Positions 19,378 to 29,256 of a stretch of DNA of 64,000 bases are shown here, in pieces (within the stretch, counting starts at the first letter, position 1; the number at the start of each line of letters is the position of its first letter). The notes beneath the pieces are model-generated. The model was not told where the DNA came from. It was given only the letters and a program-made list of their open reading frames with translations, and made no database searches. Source of the stretch: Candidatus Bathyarchaeota archaeon (GTDB lineage: Archaea; Thermoproteota; Bathyarchaeia; Bathyarchaeales; Bathycorpusculaceae); NCBI GenBank assembly GCA_963707955.1, contig OY970176.1:2112001-2176000 (forward strand), in the 5' to 3' direction. A program made the translations under genes and the position numbers.

Positions 19378-19552
19378 GCCTCAGACCTTCTTCAAGGACC
19401 GTGTAATCTTCTGATGTCACAATTGTCATAACTTCGAGATTTGCTTTGTTATCTGGACACTTCTGGCATTACTAACCAGAGAAGATTTAGAAAGAGAAAG
19501 GGTTTAAGGCTGTTAGGAGTTTTCGATTTGGTTTGAACTGGCGTGATATGTC

Positions 19553-19942
19553 TTGAAAAGAACAATAGCCTTGGTGGCTCACGATAACAAGAAGACTGAT
19601 CTGGTTGAGTGGGTTGAATTCAACAAGGGCACACTATCGCTTCACAACCTCTACGCGACTGGGGGAACCGGAAAAAAGATTATGGAGAAAACGGGTCTAA
19701 ACGTTGCCCTGCTCAAGGATGGCTCTCAAGGAGGAGATATGGAGCTCGGCGCTTTGATAGCTAACAGGAAATTGGATTATTTGATCTTCTTCTGGGACCC
19801 TTTGGAATCTCTCCCCCACGACGTTGACGTCAAGGCCCTTCTCAGAATAGCCGTACTGTACAACATCCCCACTGCGTGCAACCGGGCGACAGCGGACCTG
19901 ATTATCTCGAGCCCCCTGTTTTCAAGAGAATACAAACCCTAG
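19553..19942 (+). CDS. mgsA: Methylglyoxal synthase
   Basis: IALVAHDNKK, YATGGTG, GGD, IFFWDPL...HDVDVKALLR, ACNRATAD. Confidence 0.95.
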   Translation: MKRTIALVAHDNKKTDLVEWVEFNKGTLSLHNLYATGGTGKKIMEKTGLNVALLKDGSQGGDMELGALIANRKLDYLIFFWDPLESLPHDVDVKALLRIAVLYNIPTACNRATADLIISSPLFSREYKP

Positions 19943-20123
19943 CCGCAACACTGCAAATTGCAAATTCTAGATAATACGCGCTCTGTTGAAGGTTAAATGA
20001 AAATCTCAAGCACGGCGAAATTGCAGATGAAAGAACTTTTATACCTCGTGTGTGCTTAAGTCCTACGGGCACAACCATGTGTCCAAGGGGCAGTTAGCGC
20101 GTGCGCGCTACCCCGAAGTATAA

Positions 20124-22682
20124 TTGAGAAAGGAGAAAGGAAAATTGAAAAAGGAAACTGCATCAGCAATAGTGATAACGCTGCTCATCGCAAGCATGCT
20201 CTTTTCGGCGACTAACTTCGTGAAAGGTCAGACGGACACGCCTGACCTAGAGGTCTCTCTGAGCTCTTTCAGCCCGTCCATAATTAACGGCACGTATAAC
20301 CATCTCACGAATGGAAGTTCGACGGTTCTAAACGCCACCGTAACCAACGTGGGCAATGCCAGCGCGTCTAGCGTAACCTTGCAGCTTCTGGTCAACGGCA
20401 CCGTGACTCTAACCGCTGTAACACCGACGTTGGATATCAACTGCACCTTCTGGGCTGCCTACTTCTGGAACCCGACGGATTATGTGCCACCTGTAACTGA
20501 CTACAACCTGACTGTTTATGCCCTGCCTGTGACTAACGAGACAAACAACAACATCACGAGGTGGATCCGAGTTTGTCCGAACCAACCTCCTACAGCGATC
20601 TTCAACATGACCTGGTCACCACCAAATCCGCCCTTGGGACCAGTCGAAAATCAGACCGTCACTTTCGACGCCTCCAACAGCTACAACCCGCCTTCGACAC
20701 CTTCTGACTGGAGTACCATCGTCAATTACACGTGGAATTTTGGAGACGGCCCCAGCGTGAACTACTCTTACCCCACTACGACTCACAAGTACACGAATTG
20801 GAGGAACTACACCGTAACCCTCACATTGGTTAACAATGAGAACCTAACCAGCTTGCCCGCATCGCAAAACATATCGGTCTACGCTCGTCCAATAGCCAAT
20901 TTCACAGTACTAGGCAAGCTCTATGTCAATAAAAACCTGACCTTTAATGCCTCAACGAGCATCGACCCCGACAACAACGCGACTTCCACAAAGGGCATTG
21001 CCAGCTACAACTGGGACTTCGGAGACGGCAACACAACAACAGGCTGGCCTAACGCGACCATACTTCACCCGTACAATGCAGAGGGTAACTACACCGTTAC
21101 TCTCAATGTCACCGACTTCGACGGCCTAGTCAGCGACGTAGTAAACGAGTCGGTGTATATCGGTTCAGGTCAACCCATCGCCTTCTTTACACCGCCTCAC
21201 TCACCGTGTTACGTTGGTGATAACTTGACCTTCGACGCCACAAACAGCCTTGATCTCGACAATCCCACTGGTCCCACACGCGGTATCGCCAACTACACCT
21301 GGAACTTCAACGATAGCACGCCTATAATCACCGTATACGTCCCCACCATCTTACACGCCTTTCAAAGCCCCGGAAACTACAATGTGAATCTGACCGTGAC
21401 CGACTCTGATCAGGGACTAACCAGCTGGACAAACGCTAATGTGAGTGTTTCCTACCAGGTCTTTTTAAACGCGACGGACAGTGTAACCGGAAGCCCGAAC
21501 ATCGCGCACAACCCTGGCGACTATTTTAATATCAGCATAACAGTCACAAACGTGACAGACCTATTTCAATATGAACTCAATTTGACATGGCCAGGCACCA
21601 AGTCATATCCTATATTTGACAGTGACCCAGTTGCTGTGAGTGGCGGTTTCTTGGCACAGAATGCCACTGAAGACTTCGTGCCCACACCTTCAAAATATCA
21701 AGGTTACGTTTACATAACAAGTACACGTCTTGGTACCTTGAATGGAGTGAACGGCAGCGGAACTCTGGCCATAATAACCCTTCACGTCAACGGTACCATG
21801 ACGGGAAACTGTACCTTCCAAATAGTTTCCTGCTTGCTACAGAATTCTACGTTTGCCAGCATTAATTGCACACTGGGAGACGGTCACTTCTTCACTACTA
21901 AACCAGTTGCAAACTTCACTTATTTGCCTCTTACACCCACGGTAAACACGGAAGTATACTTTAACGCGTCAAACAGTTACTGCCCAGACGGTGGAAATAT
22001 CACTTCCTACCAATGGGACTTTGGTGATGGCACGAGTGACACTGGACCCATTGTAAGCCACAATTACACTAGCTCAGAGCCATTCAACGTGAACCTAACC
22101 GTTACGGACAGCCAGTCACTTCTTACGTGGTCGATGAACAAAACGGTGGAGGTTAATCCAGGCCAAGTTTTCATCACCGACATTGAACCCGACGAGCTTT
22201 GGTTTAACAAAGCTTTGAATATGTTCCAGACTGCGGGGGCACTGCCCATGAACGTGACAGTGACGAACCCGGAAAATACTACTGTGACCTTCAACGTCAC
22301 CGTGTTCTTTGGCGGCCTTAACGTTACGGAGCAGCTTGTTACCGATCTTCCGCCTGGCGTATGGACCCTAAATCTAACCTGTTCCATAACGGGTATTAAC
22401 CCGGGCAACTACTCTATCCGCGCTCAACCGTCATGCACAAACGGAACCAATTCGTGGACCGGACCTATGTGCACTAATGGTACAGTCAGGGTTTGCTTGG
22501 CAAGCGACGTTAACGGCGATTATAAAGTTAACATGGGCGACGTAATGCTCATACTCGCGGCGTTCGGGTCGAAAGCTGGGATGCAAAAATATAATGCCAT
22601 CTGCGACCTGAACGGTGATGGTAAAGTTGACATGGGCGACATAGTCATCGCCTTAAGCAACTTCGGACACCACTACCCATAA
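20124..22682 (+). CDS. Secreted surface protein: CARDB + multiple PKD + cohesin-like + CARDB-like + C-terminal dockerin
   Basis: Signal peptide; four FDAS.S..P...I..Y.W.FGDG-type PKD repeats; cohesin-like FNISITVTNVTDLFQYEL...GSGTLAIITL; DVNGDYKVNMGD...DLNGDGKVDMGD...NFGHHYP. Confidence 0.88.
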   Translation: MRKEKGKLKKETASAIVITLLIASMLFSATNFVKGQTDTPDLEVSLSSFSPSIINGTYNHLTNGSSTVLNATVTNVGNASASSVTLQLLVNGTVTLTAVTPTLDINCTFWAAYFWNPTDYVPPVTDYNLTVYALPVTNETNNNITRWIRVCPNQPPTAIFNMTWSPPNPPLGPVENQTVTFDASNSYNPPSTPSDWSTIVNYTWNFGDGPSVNYSYPTTTHKYTNWRNYTVTLTLVNNENLTSLPASQNISVYARPIANFTVLGKLYVNKNLTFNASTSIDPDNNATSTKGIASYNWDFGDGNTTTGWPNATILHPYNAEGNYTVTLNVTDFDGLVSDVVNESVYIGSGQPIAFFTPPHSPCYVGDNLTFDATNSLDLDNPTGPTRGIANYTWNFNDSTPIITVYVPTILHAFQSPGNYNVNLTVTDSDQGLTSWTNANVSVSYQVFLNATDSVTGSPNIAHNPGDYFNISITVTNVTDLFQYELNLTWPGTKSYPIFDSDPVAVSGGFLAQNATEDFVPTPSKYQGYVYITSTRLGTLNGVNGSGTLAIITLHVNGTMTGNCTFQIVSCLLQNSTFASINCTLGDGHFFTTKPVANFTYLPLTPTVNTEVYFNASNSYCPDGGNITSYQWDFGDGTSDTGPIVSHNYTSSEPFNVNLTVTDSQSLLTWSMNKTVEVNPGQVFITDIEPDELWFNKALNMFQTAGALPMNVTVTNPENTTVTFNVTVFFGGLNVTEQLVTDLPPGVWTLNLTCSITGINPGNYSIRAQPSCTNGTNSWTGPMCTNGTVRVCLASDVNGDYKVNMGDVMLILAAFGSKAGMQKYNAICDLNGDGKVDMGDIVIALSNFGHHYP

Positions 22683-22793
22683 CCCCACCTTTTTTTGTCC
22701 TTAGAGTCTCGAAGCAGTGAAACCTCGCAAGGCTCCTGACAACACCGCTTCTTTGATTCGTTCTCGCATGATGGTCCATAATAGTCGCGGTCG

Positions 22794-23136
22794 CTATTGA
22801 AGTGCATCATAGGCGGCGGTGCCCTTGGCCGTACTCGTACCGTCACCCGTGTTTTTTTCCAGCTTTTTCATGAATGTCTCGTCCAAGTTGACTGAAGGGC
22901 ACGCCAATCGGCTAGCATCTAAAACATAGAATATCACGTAAATCAGTTCTTCGCCTATCTTCTCCTCGCTTTCTTCCAAGCGGCATTTGCTTCATGAAGT
23001 TCGATGAGGCCAAAAGCAACTTCTTCAGGATACCCTCAGGCTTATTGCAGAATCCCTTCTCCAGAACAAGCTTCGCTATTTTCTTCGTTTCCACTGCTCG
23101 CATGCCCGTTTCGAAGTCTGTGTAAGGCTTCCGCAC
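22794..23136 (-). pseudogene. Frameshifted MazG-like NTP pyrophosphohydrolase remnant
   Basis: Two overlapping ORFs: KKIAKLVLEKGF... and EEKIGEELIYVIFYVLD...NLDETFMKKLEKN, resembling the MazG EELxD motif but degenerate. Confidence 0.55.
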
Positions 23137-23230
23137 TTCACCTTCAACATCGACTCAAACCCTTATGAGATCTAGTCAGTCGAACCCGATTCGAAAATTA
23201 TAAAGTGAGAAAGTTCCATTACTTTGGCTT

Positions 23231-23977
23231 ATGCGCAAACTCAGAACCGTGGAGCCTGAGCGTGATGCTTTCGGCCAAGAACTCTGGGCCTGCTTCAAGG
23301 GTCAAGACATCTGCGAAATAATCGAGAGGGACGACGGCTACTTCTCCGCCCATCAAAGTCCCAAAGTCTACTTTTCAGAATATCCAGACTGGTCAATCAT
23401 CGAGCAGAAAGCGATGGCCGTCGTCAAGGGCAGAGTCTTAGACATAGGTTGCGGTGCTGGCAGACACGCCTTGTACCTGCAGCAAAAGGGTTTCAGCGTG
23501 GTTGGAGTCGACAGTTCTCGCCTCGCCGTCAAAGTGTGCAAACTGAGGGGGCTAAAGAAAGCCAGAGTAATGTCTCTTGAAAACCTGAGCTTCAAGCCCA
23601 ACACTTTTAGTACGATACTCATGCTCGGCGGCAACTTCGGCCTTATGGGCAACCCTAAGAAAACGCGAAGACTGCTAAAGAAGCTTCGAAGAATAACCAC
23701 CAAGAACGCCATTATCATAGCCGAAACCAGAGACCCCTACAACACGGATAACCCGCTACACCTGAAGTACCACAGGCTGAACAAGAGCAGGGGAAAACTG
23801 AGCGGACAGACAAGGATCAGAGTGAGGTTCGAAAAGACAGTCACCAAATGGATTGAATGGTTAATCGTTTCCAAAGAAGAAATGGAACAGCTCATCAACG
23901 GAACAGGATGGAAAATCAGTCGATTCATAGACTCCGAGAACTCGGGCTACGTAGCCATCTTAGAAAAAGCTACTTAA
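23231..23977 (+). CDS. Class I SAM-dependent methyltransferase
   Basis: DAFGQ..., IERDDGY, GRVLDIGCGAGRHALYLQ, FSTILMLGGNFG. Confidence 0.9.
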   Translation: MRKLRTVEPERDAFGQELWACFKGQDICEIIERDDGYFSAHQSPKVYFSEYPDWSIIEQKAMAVVKGRVLDIGCGAGRHALYLQQKGFSVVGVDSSRLAVKVCKLRGLKKARVMSLENLSFKPNTFSTILMLGGNFGLMGNPKKTRRLLKKLRRITTKNAIIIAETRDPYNTDNPLHLKYHRLNKSRGKLSGQTRIRVRFEKTVTKWIEWLIVSKEEMEQLINGTGWKISRFIDSENSGYVAILEKAT

Positions 23978-24001
23978 ACAGCAAAAGCTAGCTCGGATTT
24001 T

Positions 24002-24115
24002 TGGCGCCGGGAGTGGGACTTGAACCCGCGCGGCCCAAAAGGGCCACTGGCTCACTTGCTGGGAACAGGTTCCTTTGCCTCAAGGCCAGCGCATTAACCA
24101 CTCTGCCATCCCGGC
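24002..24115 (-). tRNA. tRNA-Ser(TGA) with 26-nt intron (24053-24078) and encoded CCA
   Basis: GCCGGGA acceptor, CTGGC-CT-TGA-G, intron, A-GCCAG, long variable arm GGCCC-TTTT-GGGCC, GGTTCAAGTCC, TCCCGGC-G-CCA. Confidence 0.92.
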
Positions 24116-24398
24116 ACTTCTAGTTAGTTACGATTGGTGTTTCTTAAAGCCTTTTGATGGGTGTCTCAATTTGTCAATCTCAATTGTTCTTGTCTTGGAA
24201 AGAAGTGTCTTCTCTGTTCCGAGGCGAGGGCATTTATCCATTTTCCCGTCCAGGTTTAACTAGTTGCATTGGTGTTTCTTAAAATCTCTTCATCGCCTTT
24301 ATGGAAAGTGGGCTTGGCTGTTCTTTGTGGATACAGCAGTTAGAACTACGATGAAAAACTTCTAGGGACTCCTTGAAATCTTGGTAAATTAGCACTGT

Positions 24399-24890
24399 CT
24401 AAGGGCTTTGCTCAAGTGAATGATAGAAGACGTATTCCTTTGACCCTTTCAAGTATCCTCCTTCTTTGAATCCATGTTTTCGAAATGCGGTCAGTGCTGC
24501 TGGATGATCAGCATAGAACACGAGGTCAGCATAGCCTTTGCTTCTCATGAAGGTTTCAAAGAAATCTAAGAAATCGTTCCCGTAACCCCTTCCCCTAAAC
24601 TTCTCAATCAACCACCATTCATGAAGCTCAACAAAGTCTTTCTTCCTACCAAGAAGTCTCTCCAATGCCTCTCTATCTTCCTTGTCTCTGAAAACACCTT
24701 TCCTGTGTTCTTCAGTGTTGCTTTCATGCCAGACTGCATGACCTACAATCTTGTCATTCTCTCTCCAAACAATGATCTGAGATTTGTCCTTAACTACTGC
24801 ATCCATCAGATGATCGAGGTTTCCATCATAGCCATTCCTACTCCAGTATTCCCTGAACTCCTCTTCATTGCAACCAACATCAAATCTCAA
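24399..24890 (-). CDS. GNAT-family N-acetyltransferase
   Basis: KIVGHAVW, FRGRGYG acetyl-CoA motif, AFRKHGF. Confidence 0.8.
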   Translation of the reverse strand: MRFDVGCNEEEFREYWSRNGYDGNLDHLMDAVVKDKSQIIVWRENDKIVGHAVWHESNTEEHRKGVFRDKEDREALERLLGRKKDFVELHEWWLIEKFRGRGYGNDFLDFFETFMRSKGYADLVFYADHPAALTAFRKHGFKEGGYLKGSKEYVFYHSLEQSP

Positions 24891-25381
24891 GGACTAGCCA
24901 TCTGCCTATGCCTTTGATTGTTGAGTTTCTGTTCTCTCTTCTTCATTTCATTGTAGAGATATTCAAACCCGTAACCAGTTCTTGGTTCATTGAATCTCTT
25001 CCTGCTACCTTCAAGTATTGGTTTTATTTTTTCCCATGTGGCTTCGACTTGTCCACGTGCAAAAGGTAGTAGGTCAATGTCTATGAGTCTCTTCTTTACA
25101 AGTCTTCCAGCCAACTCAAAGAACACAAATACTTCATTAATCTCAACAAATCCATATTTTTCTTTGTAATCATCATAGTCCAAGGTCTCTCTATCTCGGA
25201 CTTTCATCCATGCCTCCAGCCAATCCTTGCTACCTGCAGTCGAAAACAGTCTAACCAAAAGGTCTGACTGTCTCTCCTTGACCAGATGTCTAAGCTCTAA
25301 AACAGTCAGAACGACACCTACTAACACACCTATAGCTGCTACAATTGCTGAAATAGAGGGTATATCCAACATCTGAGTCAC
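24887..25381 (-). CDS. N-terminally anchored hypothetical protein (DUF4760-like)
   Basis: N-terminal TM (AIGVLVGVVLTVLELR), FFELAGRLVKKRLIDID, WEKIKP, FEYLYNEM. Confidence 0.7.
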   Translation of the reverse strand: MTQMLDIPSISAIVAAIGVLVGVVLTVLELRHLVKERQSDLLVRLFSTAGSKDWLEAWMKVRDRETLDYDDYKEKYGFVEINEVFVFFELAGRLVKKRLIDIDLLPFARGQVEATWEKIKPILEGSRKRFNEPRTGYGFEYLYNEMKKREQKLNNQRHRQMASP

Positions 25382-25500
25382 TCAAGAAATCAAATCTAGT
25401 GGAATTAGTATTAAAGACTACATCCTAAGCTATGAATAGAATATCAGACAGAAAAGGAGTTCAATCATAGCTTAGTATGTTAATAACAGACAGAATCTTT

Positions 25501-26034
25501 CTACTTCTTTTCAATTCTTGTCAGTATTTTTGGTTCTTTCCACTCTTCTCTGAGAATGCTATATAGGCAGGAATCTCTTAATTCTCCATAGTAGAAGGCA
25601 TTTTTCCGAACTACTCCTTCCTTTTTGAAACCTGCTTTTCCCAAGACCTTTTGTGAAACTTCATTTCTCACATCAGTATGGGCTTGGATACGTGCTATGT
25701 TCTTTGAAAGAAACAGGTAGTCAACCATTATCATTACAGTTTCAGAACAGTAGCCTTTCTTCCTTTCACTTGACAGTATAGCATAGCCTATCTCCTGTGC
25801 CTTTCCCACTGGTCTATGACTTATACTGCCGACTTTGCTGCCATCCTTCTTCTCTATGAAGAACCATCTCTCCTCAGGAGACAGGTTTTCATACATCTTC
25901 TGCAATTCTGCCTTCGAAATTTGCATAAGAGGATTGTACTCACCGAAATAGTCAAGTTTGTTTAGCCATTCAGCAGCTAATGAAAGGTCCTCCTTTTCAG
26001 CAATCCTCAGATTTACAGTCTTACCCTCAAGCAA
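25501..26034 (-). CDS. RimJ/RimL-type GNAT acetyltransferase
   Basis: LEGKTVNLR, EIGY, RKKGY, RIQAHTDVRN..SQKVL.KAGFKKEG, YSILREEW. Confidence 0.9.
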   Translation of the reverse strand: MLEGKTVNLRIAEKEDLSLAAEWLNKLDYFGEYNPLMQISKAELQKMYENLSPEERWFFIEKKDGSKVGSISHRPVGKAQEIGYAILSSERKKGYCSETVMIMVDYLFLSKNIARIQAHTDVRNEVSQKVLGKAGFKKEGVVRKNAFYYGELRDSCLYSILREEWKEPKILTRIEKK

Positions 26035-26297
26035 TCTGAATCATCACACGTTTCATTGAATGTTTCAGTTCTTATGGTTTGTGATTAACCACTCTAGGCT
26101 TAAATCAACTAAATCTTCAGTGGAAAACTTCTATGGAGTCCCTGAAATCTTCAGTCATTGGATGAAAAAAAGCCTAAGCATAGTTAATAATCTAACAGCT
26201 TTCTCATATCCCTCTTTCAGCCTGACTAGAGCCTTCTATATGACAAGGTATAAACACTTAAACATCCAATGATATTTATCGACTGCAGACGATAGTA

Positions 26298-26897
26298 ATG
26301 AAGTCATGGTTAGTTCGCCATGCATGGCAAATGGCGGCAGTTGTTATTTTAATCATCTATGTATTTTTCGTCATTAACTTTCTACCTATTCCTGGAGCAA
26401 TAACTGAGACCCCTGCCCTTCCGAATTATATGCCTTACTCTGGGCAATACATGACTTTGGAAGAGAATGTTAGTGATTCTCAGAATCTGACATATTTTGT
26501 TGCTGGAGACTTGGCGATTTTTTCATTCAACATAACTAACACAGCCAACCAACCCGCTACGTTTAATTACAATAGCTCAGCCACATATGTTAATTATTAT
26601 GGGCAACCTAGAAATTTCACCTTGAATCCTTATCAAAGTGAGAACTTCACAGAAGAATTTCCTCTTTCTGAAGGAAGCAATGGTTTTAGTTTTCAAATCA
26701 TTCAAACGATGGGAGATATAACGGGTCAGTATGATATTGGCCCCCAAATTCTTCAGGCTGTCAGCCCTTCATATGAACTTTCTTTTTTTGTAAGTCAAAC
26801 AACCCTCGTATTGACAATAATCCTTGGAATACCAGCAATAATTTATGGCGTTAAGGAATTCAGAGAATTAGGGAGAAAGAAACCGAGTAGTGAATGA
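26298..26897 (+). CDS. Hypothetical membrane protein with extracellular Ig-like domain
   Basis: N- and C-terminal TM helices around an NxT-rich beta domain. Confidence 0.7.
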   Translation: MKSWLVRHAWQMAAVVILIIYVFFVINFLPIPGAITETPALPNYMPYSGQYMTLEENVSDSQNLTYFVAGDLAIFSFNITNTANQPATFNYNSSATYVNYYGQPRNFTLNPYQSENFTEEFPLSEGSNGFSFQIIQTMGDITGQYDIGPQILQAVSPSYELSFFVSQTTLVLTIILGIPAIIYGVKEFRELGRKKPSSE

Positions 26898-26942
26898 AAA
26901 CTCTGTTTGTTTTCCCCCACACTCATTTTTGAACCCCTAGTT

Positions 26943-26975
26943 TGTCTTCTCTTGCTGTGCAGATTTAAGATTTCT
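26943..26975. repeat. Intergenic repeat, copy 1 (TGTCTTCTCTTG-CTGTGCAGATTTAAGATTTCT)
   Basis: 21-bp core identical at 27759-27779; ~24-bp near match at 29221-29244. Confidence 0.8.
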
Positions 26976-27102
26976 GTACGGTATGGCTTAGGTTGGAGAA
27001 TCTCCATCATTGTATTTGCTTCTAGAACAGTTTTTCACAAAGTCTATAATCAATAGAGACTACAACAAATAGCGTGTTCTAGAGGGGAAAGGAGGTGATA
27101 TT

Positions 27103-27696
27103 ATGATCAGAAAGGATGTTGTTATTGCAATCCTGGTTACTTTCTGTTTGACAGCAACGCTGTTCTTGGTGAAACCCATAGAAAGTCAGACTGCAGGGCA
27201 ATATGACCCTAACCTTGATGTCCTTCATCAAGGTGTAATTAACATGGGAGATATCGTGGCAGTATTAAGAGCTTTTGGCAGTTCAGGAGACCCAACAATG
27301 AATGTGAGTGTGACAAACTGGCCAACGACAATCCAGACAATACCTGCTACCAACAGCACAAGATATGTCTTTATTAACCCTACTTTCAATATTTCCACTC
27401 CTTATGAGGCCTTACCAGCAATAGACACAAAAGGATATAGGAAAATCTATTTCTACCTCACAGGCGGTCCTTCTAACTATATATGCAATCTCACAATTGG
27501 ATGGCGTACTCAAGGAGCATTCAATTCCAGCAGTCAAGATTGGTGGGGCCAGATTGAGCATTATGAGGATAGAGAAACTGGGATTTATGGAAGTGCTTGG
27601 AGAGAGTTTGACATCAAAGGAGAGACTATGATAATCATACTAGGAGACACTATGGGAACCCAATCGTATGAAGTAAGTTACTACATGACAGGGTAG
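27103..27696 (+). CDS. Secreted protein with N-terminal single dockerin-like motif
   Basis: Strong SD (ggaggtga); signal peptide; YDPNLDVLHQGVINMGDIVAVLRAFGSSG, matching the MGDIV...AFGS motif of the dockerins at 1-645 and 20124-22682. Confidence 0.75.
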   Translation: MIRKDVVIAILVTFCLTATLFLVKPIESQTAGQYDPNLDVLHQGVINMGDIVAVLRAFGSSGDPTMNVSVTNWPTTIQTIPATNSTRYVFINPTFNISTPYEALPAIDTKGYRKIYFYLTGGPSNYICNLTIGWRTQGAFNSSSQDWWGQIEHYEDRETGIYGSAWREFDIKGETMIIILGDTMGTQSYEVSYYMTG

Positions 27697-27758
27697 TAAC
27701 TTCATCCATTCTTCTTTTATCAACAAAGCAGAAGTCAAACTGCCAGAGAACATGAAAA

Positions 27759-27779
27759 CTGTGCAGATTTAAGATTTCT
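27759..27779. repeat. Intergenic repeat, copy 2 (CTGTGCAGATTTAAGATTTCT)
   Basis: Identical to 26955-26975; lies between convergent genes. Confidence 0.8.
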
Positions 27780-27804
27780 ATCTTGATTCTGTCAGAGCCT
27801 ATTC

Positions 27805-29175
27805 TCAATTCCAAATGGAAAAGCTTGTGAGAAAGTCATTTGATTCTGTAGTTAGATAAAGAGTATAGACTCCTTTGTCAAATTGAGCAAAGGCAGGGGA
27901 AAGGTCAAAATCTATCTGAAAGTTTTGTCCTGTTTGGCTCCACGTTCTGGCAGTTATGGTAATGCCTTCTGGTGATTTCCATCCTGAAGGGACAGCCATG
28001 GCAACGAAGGTTCCAGAGTCATAACTGCCGCTATAAGGAGCATTTGTCAATTGTTGGGTTGTCAGATTTCCGATTCTGTCGTAGTAGATTGCGACATTTG
28101 AAATTGATAACCCTGATTGCATGATGGTTCCCGCCATAATCATTTCGTTATCAGAACAGCTCAAATTTGACCATACAATGTAGTCGTCCTCGAAATCCTC
28201 AACCAAGTACAAGTTGTTGCTGTCATAGGCTATTCCAATGTTTACCTTATTGTGAAACGCATCAATGATGTTGTCTCTGTGTCCCCAATTCCACTGTGAG
28301 TCTTCCTCCATCATTTGCCATTCTAGGCTTTCTATGCCTTCTTTCACGTCAAACGAACCACTAGTGGACAGCCATGCGATGTTTTCGTCAACTGAACCGT
28401 TTCCTCCAGACAGCGTGTATCTCATATATGGTTTGTAGCCCTGAGTGTCATAATGGCTGAAATAATTGTTCTTAAGCATGTCGTCAGCATGTTGTTGAGC
28501 TGAATATACAGAGCTGAGACTCACATTCTGTGGATAATTCTCTCCAATTGGCAGAACCCACTCGTCTATCGTTCCGTTTGGATTAGTTACAAACCCATTT
28601 CTGTCAGAGTTAATTAGAAACAACGTATAGTTTACCAGTTCTTCATGACTGTAATTGCTTGGCGAATAATTGCTTGGAGAAAAAGGGTTATTTCGCAAGA
28701 AGTTCGGAAACGAAAACCACAAGAAAGCACCTATTATTACAACTGCTAGAATAAGACCGACCACTTTCCCAACTGGAAAACGTCTTCGTGTTTTTGGCTT
28801 TCCAGAAGATTCTATTTTGTCTCTAGGTTCTGTATCGCCATTCGGATATGCTTTAGCAGTTTCAGGTTCTATGTAGCCATAGGGAAATGCTTTGGATTGA
28901 ACATACTTATCTCCACATTCTTTGCACTGAAAAGTCATTGTGATAGCGTCATAACCTGTCATTTTGCTTGATTGAGAACCACAGTTTGGGCAGACCCCAA
29001 ATTGAAGAGTATTAGCATTTACAAGTTTTTTGTGTCGATACCAAAACTTCGAATCTTCTGGTAACTTATTGCATTCGTGGCTTTCTGGTAGCCTATGCTC
29101 ATCGCAGAAAACCTTGCCACAATAAGTGCAAGTGAAAGGAAGAACAACTTCCTTCCCACATTGTTCACATTTCAT
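27805..29175 (-). CDS. AN1-type zinc finger + zinc ribbon + TM + extracellular CAP/SCP domain protein
   Basis: CEQCG...PFTCTYCGKVFCDEHRLPESHEC (AN1); CPNCG..CKECG; TM; AQQHADDML...YFSH, ENIA, GHRDNII..VNIGIA (CAP). Confidence 0.85.
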   Translation of the reverse strand: MKCEQCGKEVVLPFTCTYCGKVFCDEHRLPESHECNKLPEDSKFWYRHKKLVNANTLQFGVCPNCGSQSSKMTGYDAITMTFQCKECGDKYVQSKAFPYGYIEPETAKAYPNGDTEPRDKIESSGKPKTRRRFPVGKVVGLILAVVIIGAFLWFSFPNFLRNNPFSPSNYSPSNYSHEELVNYTLFLINSDRNGFVTNPNGTIDEWVLPIGENYPQNVSLSSVYSAQQHADDMLKNNYFSHYDTQGYKPYMRYTLSGGNGSVDENIAWLSTSGSFDVKEGIESLEWQMMEEDSQWNWGHRDNIIDAFHNKVNIGIAYDSNNLYLVEDFEDDYIVWSNLSCSDNEMIMAGTIMQSGLSISNVAIYYDRIGNLTTQQLTNAPYSGSYDSGTFVAMAVPSGWKSPEGITITARTWSQTGQNFQIDFDLSPAFAQFDKGVYTLYLTTESNDFLTSFSIWN

Positions 29176-29220
29176 CGCTATCTAGTAAAACCTTAGATTC
29201 TCCTTAAATAATAGCCTTAT

Positions 29221-29250
29221 TGTCTTCTGTTGCTGTGCAGATTTGAGGCT
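29221..29250. repeat. Intergenic repeat, copy 3 (TGTCTTCTGTTGCTGTGCAGATTTGAGG)
   Basis: 23/24 match to 26943-26966. Confidence 0.75.
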
Positions 29251-29256
29251 CTCTTA

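Noticed and set aside
26943-29250. CRISPR array or integron attC interpretation of the island repeats
   Set aside because: Copies are 0.8-1.5 kb apart with whole genes between them. There are no cas genes, no intI and no AAC...GTT inverted attC structure.
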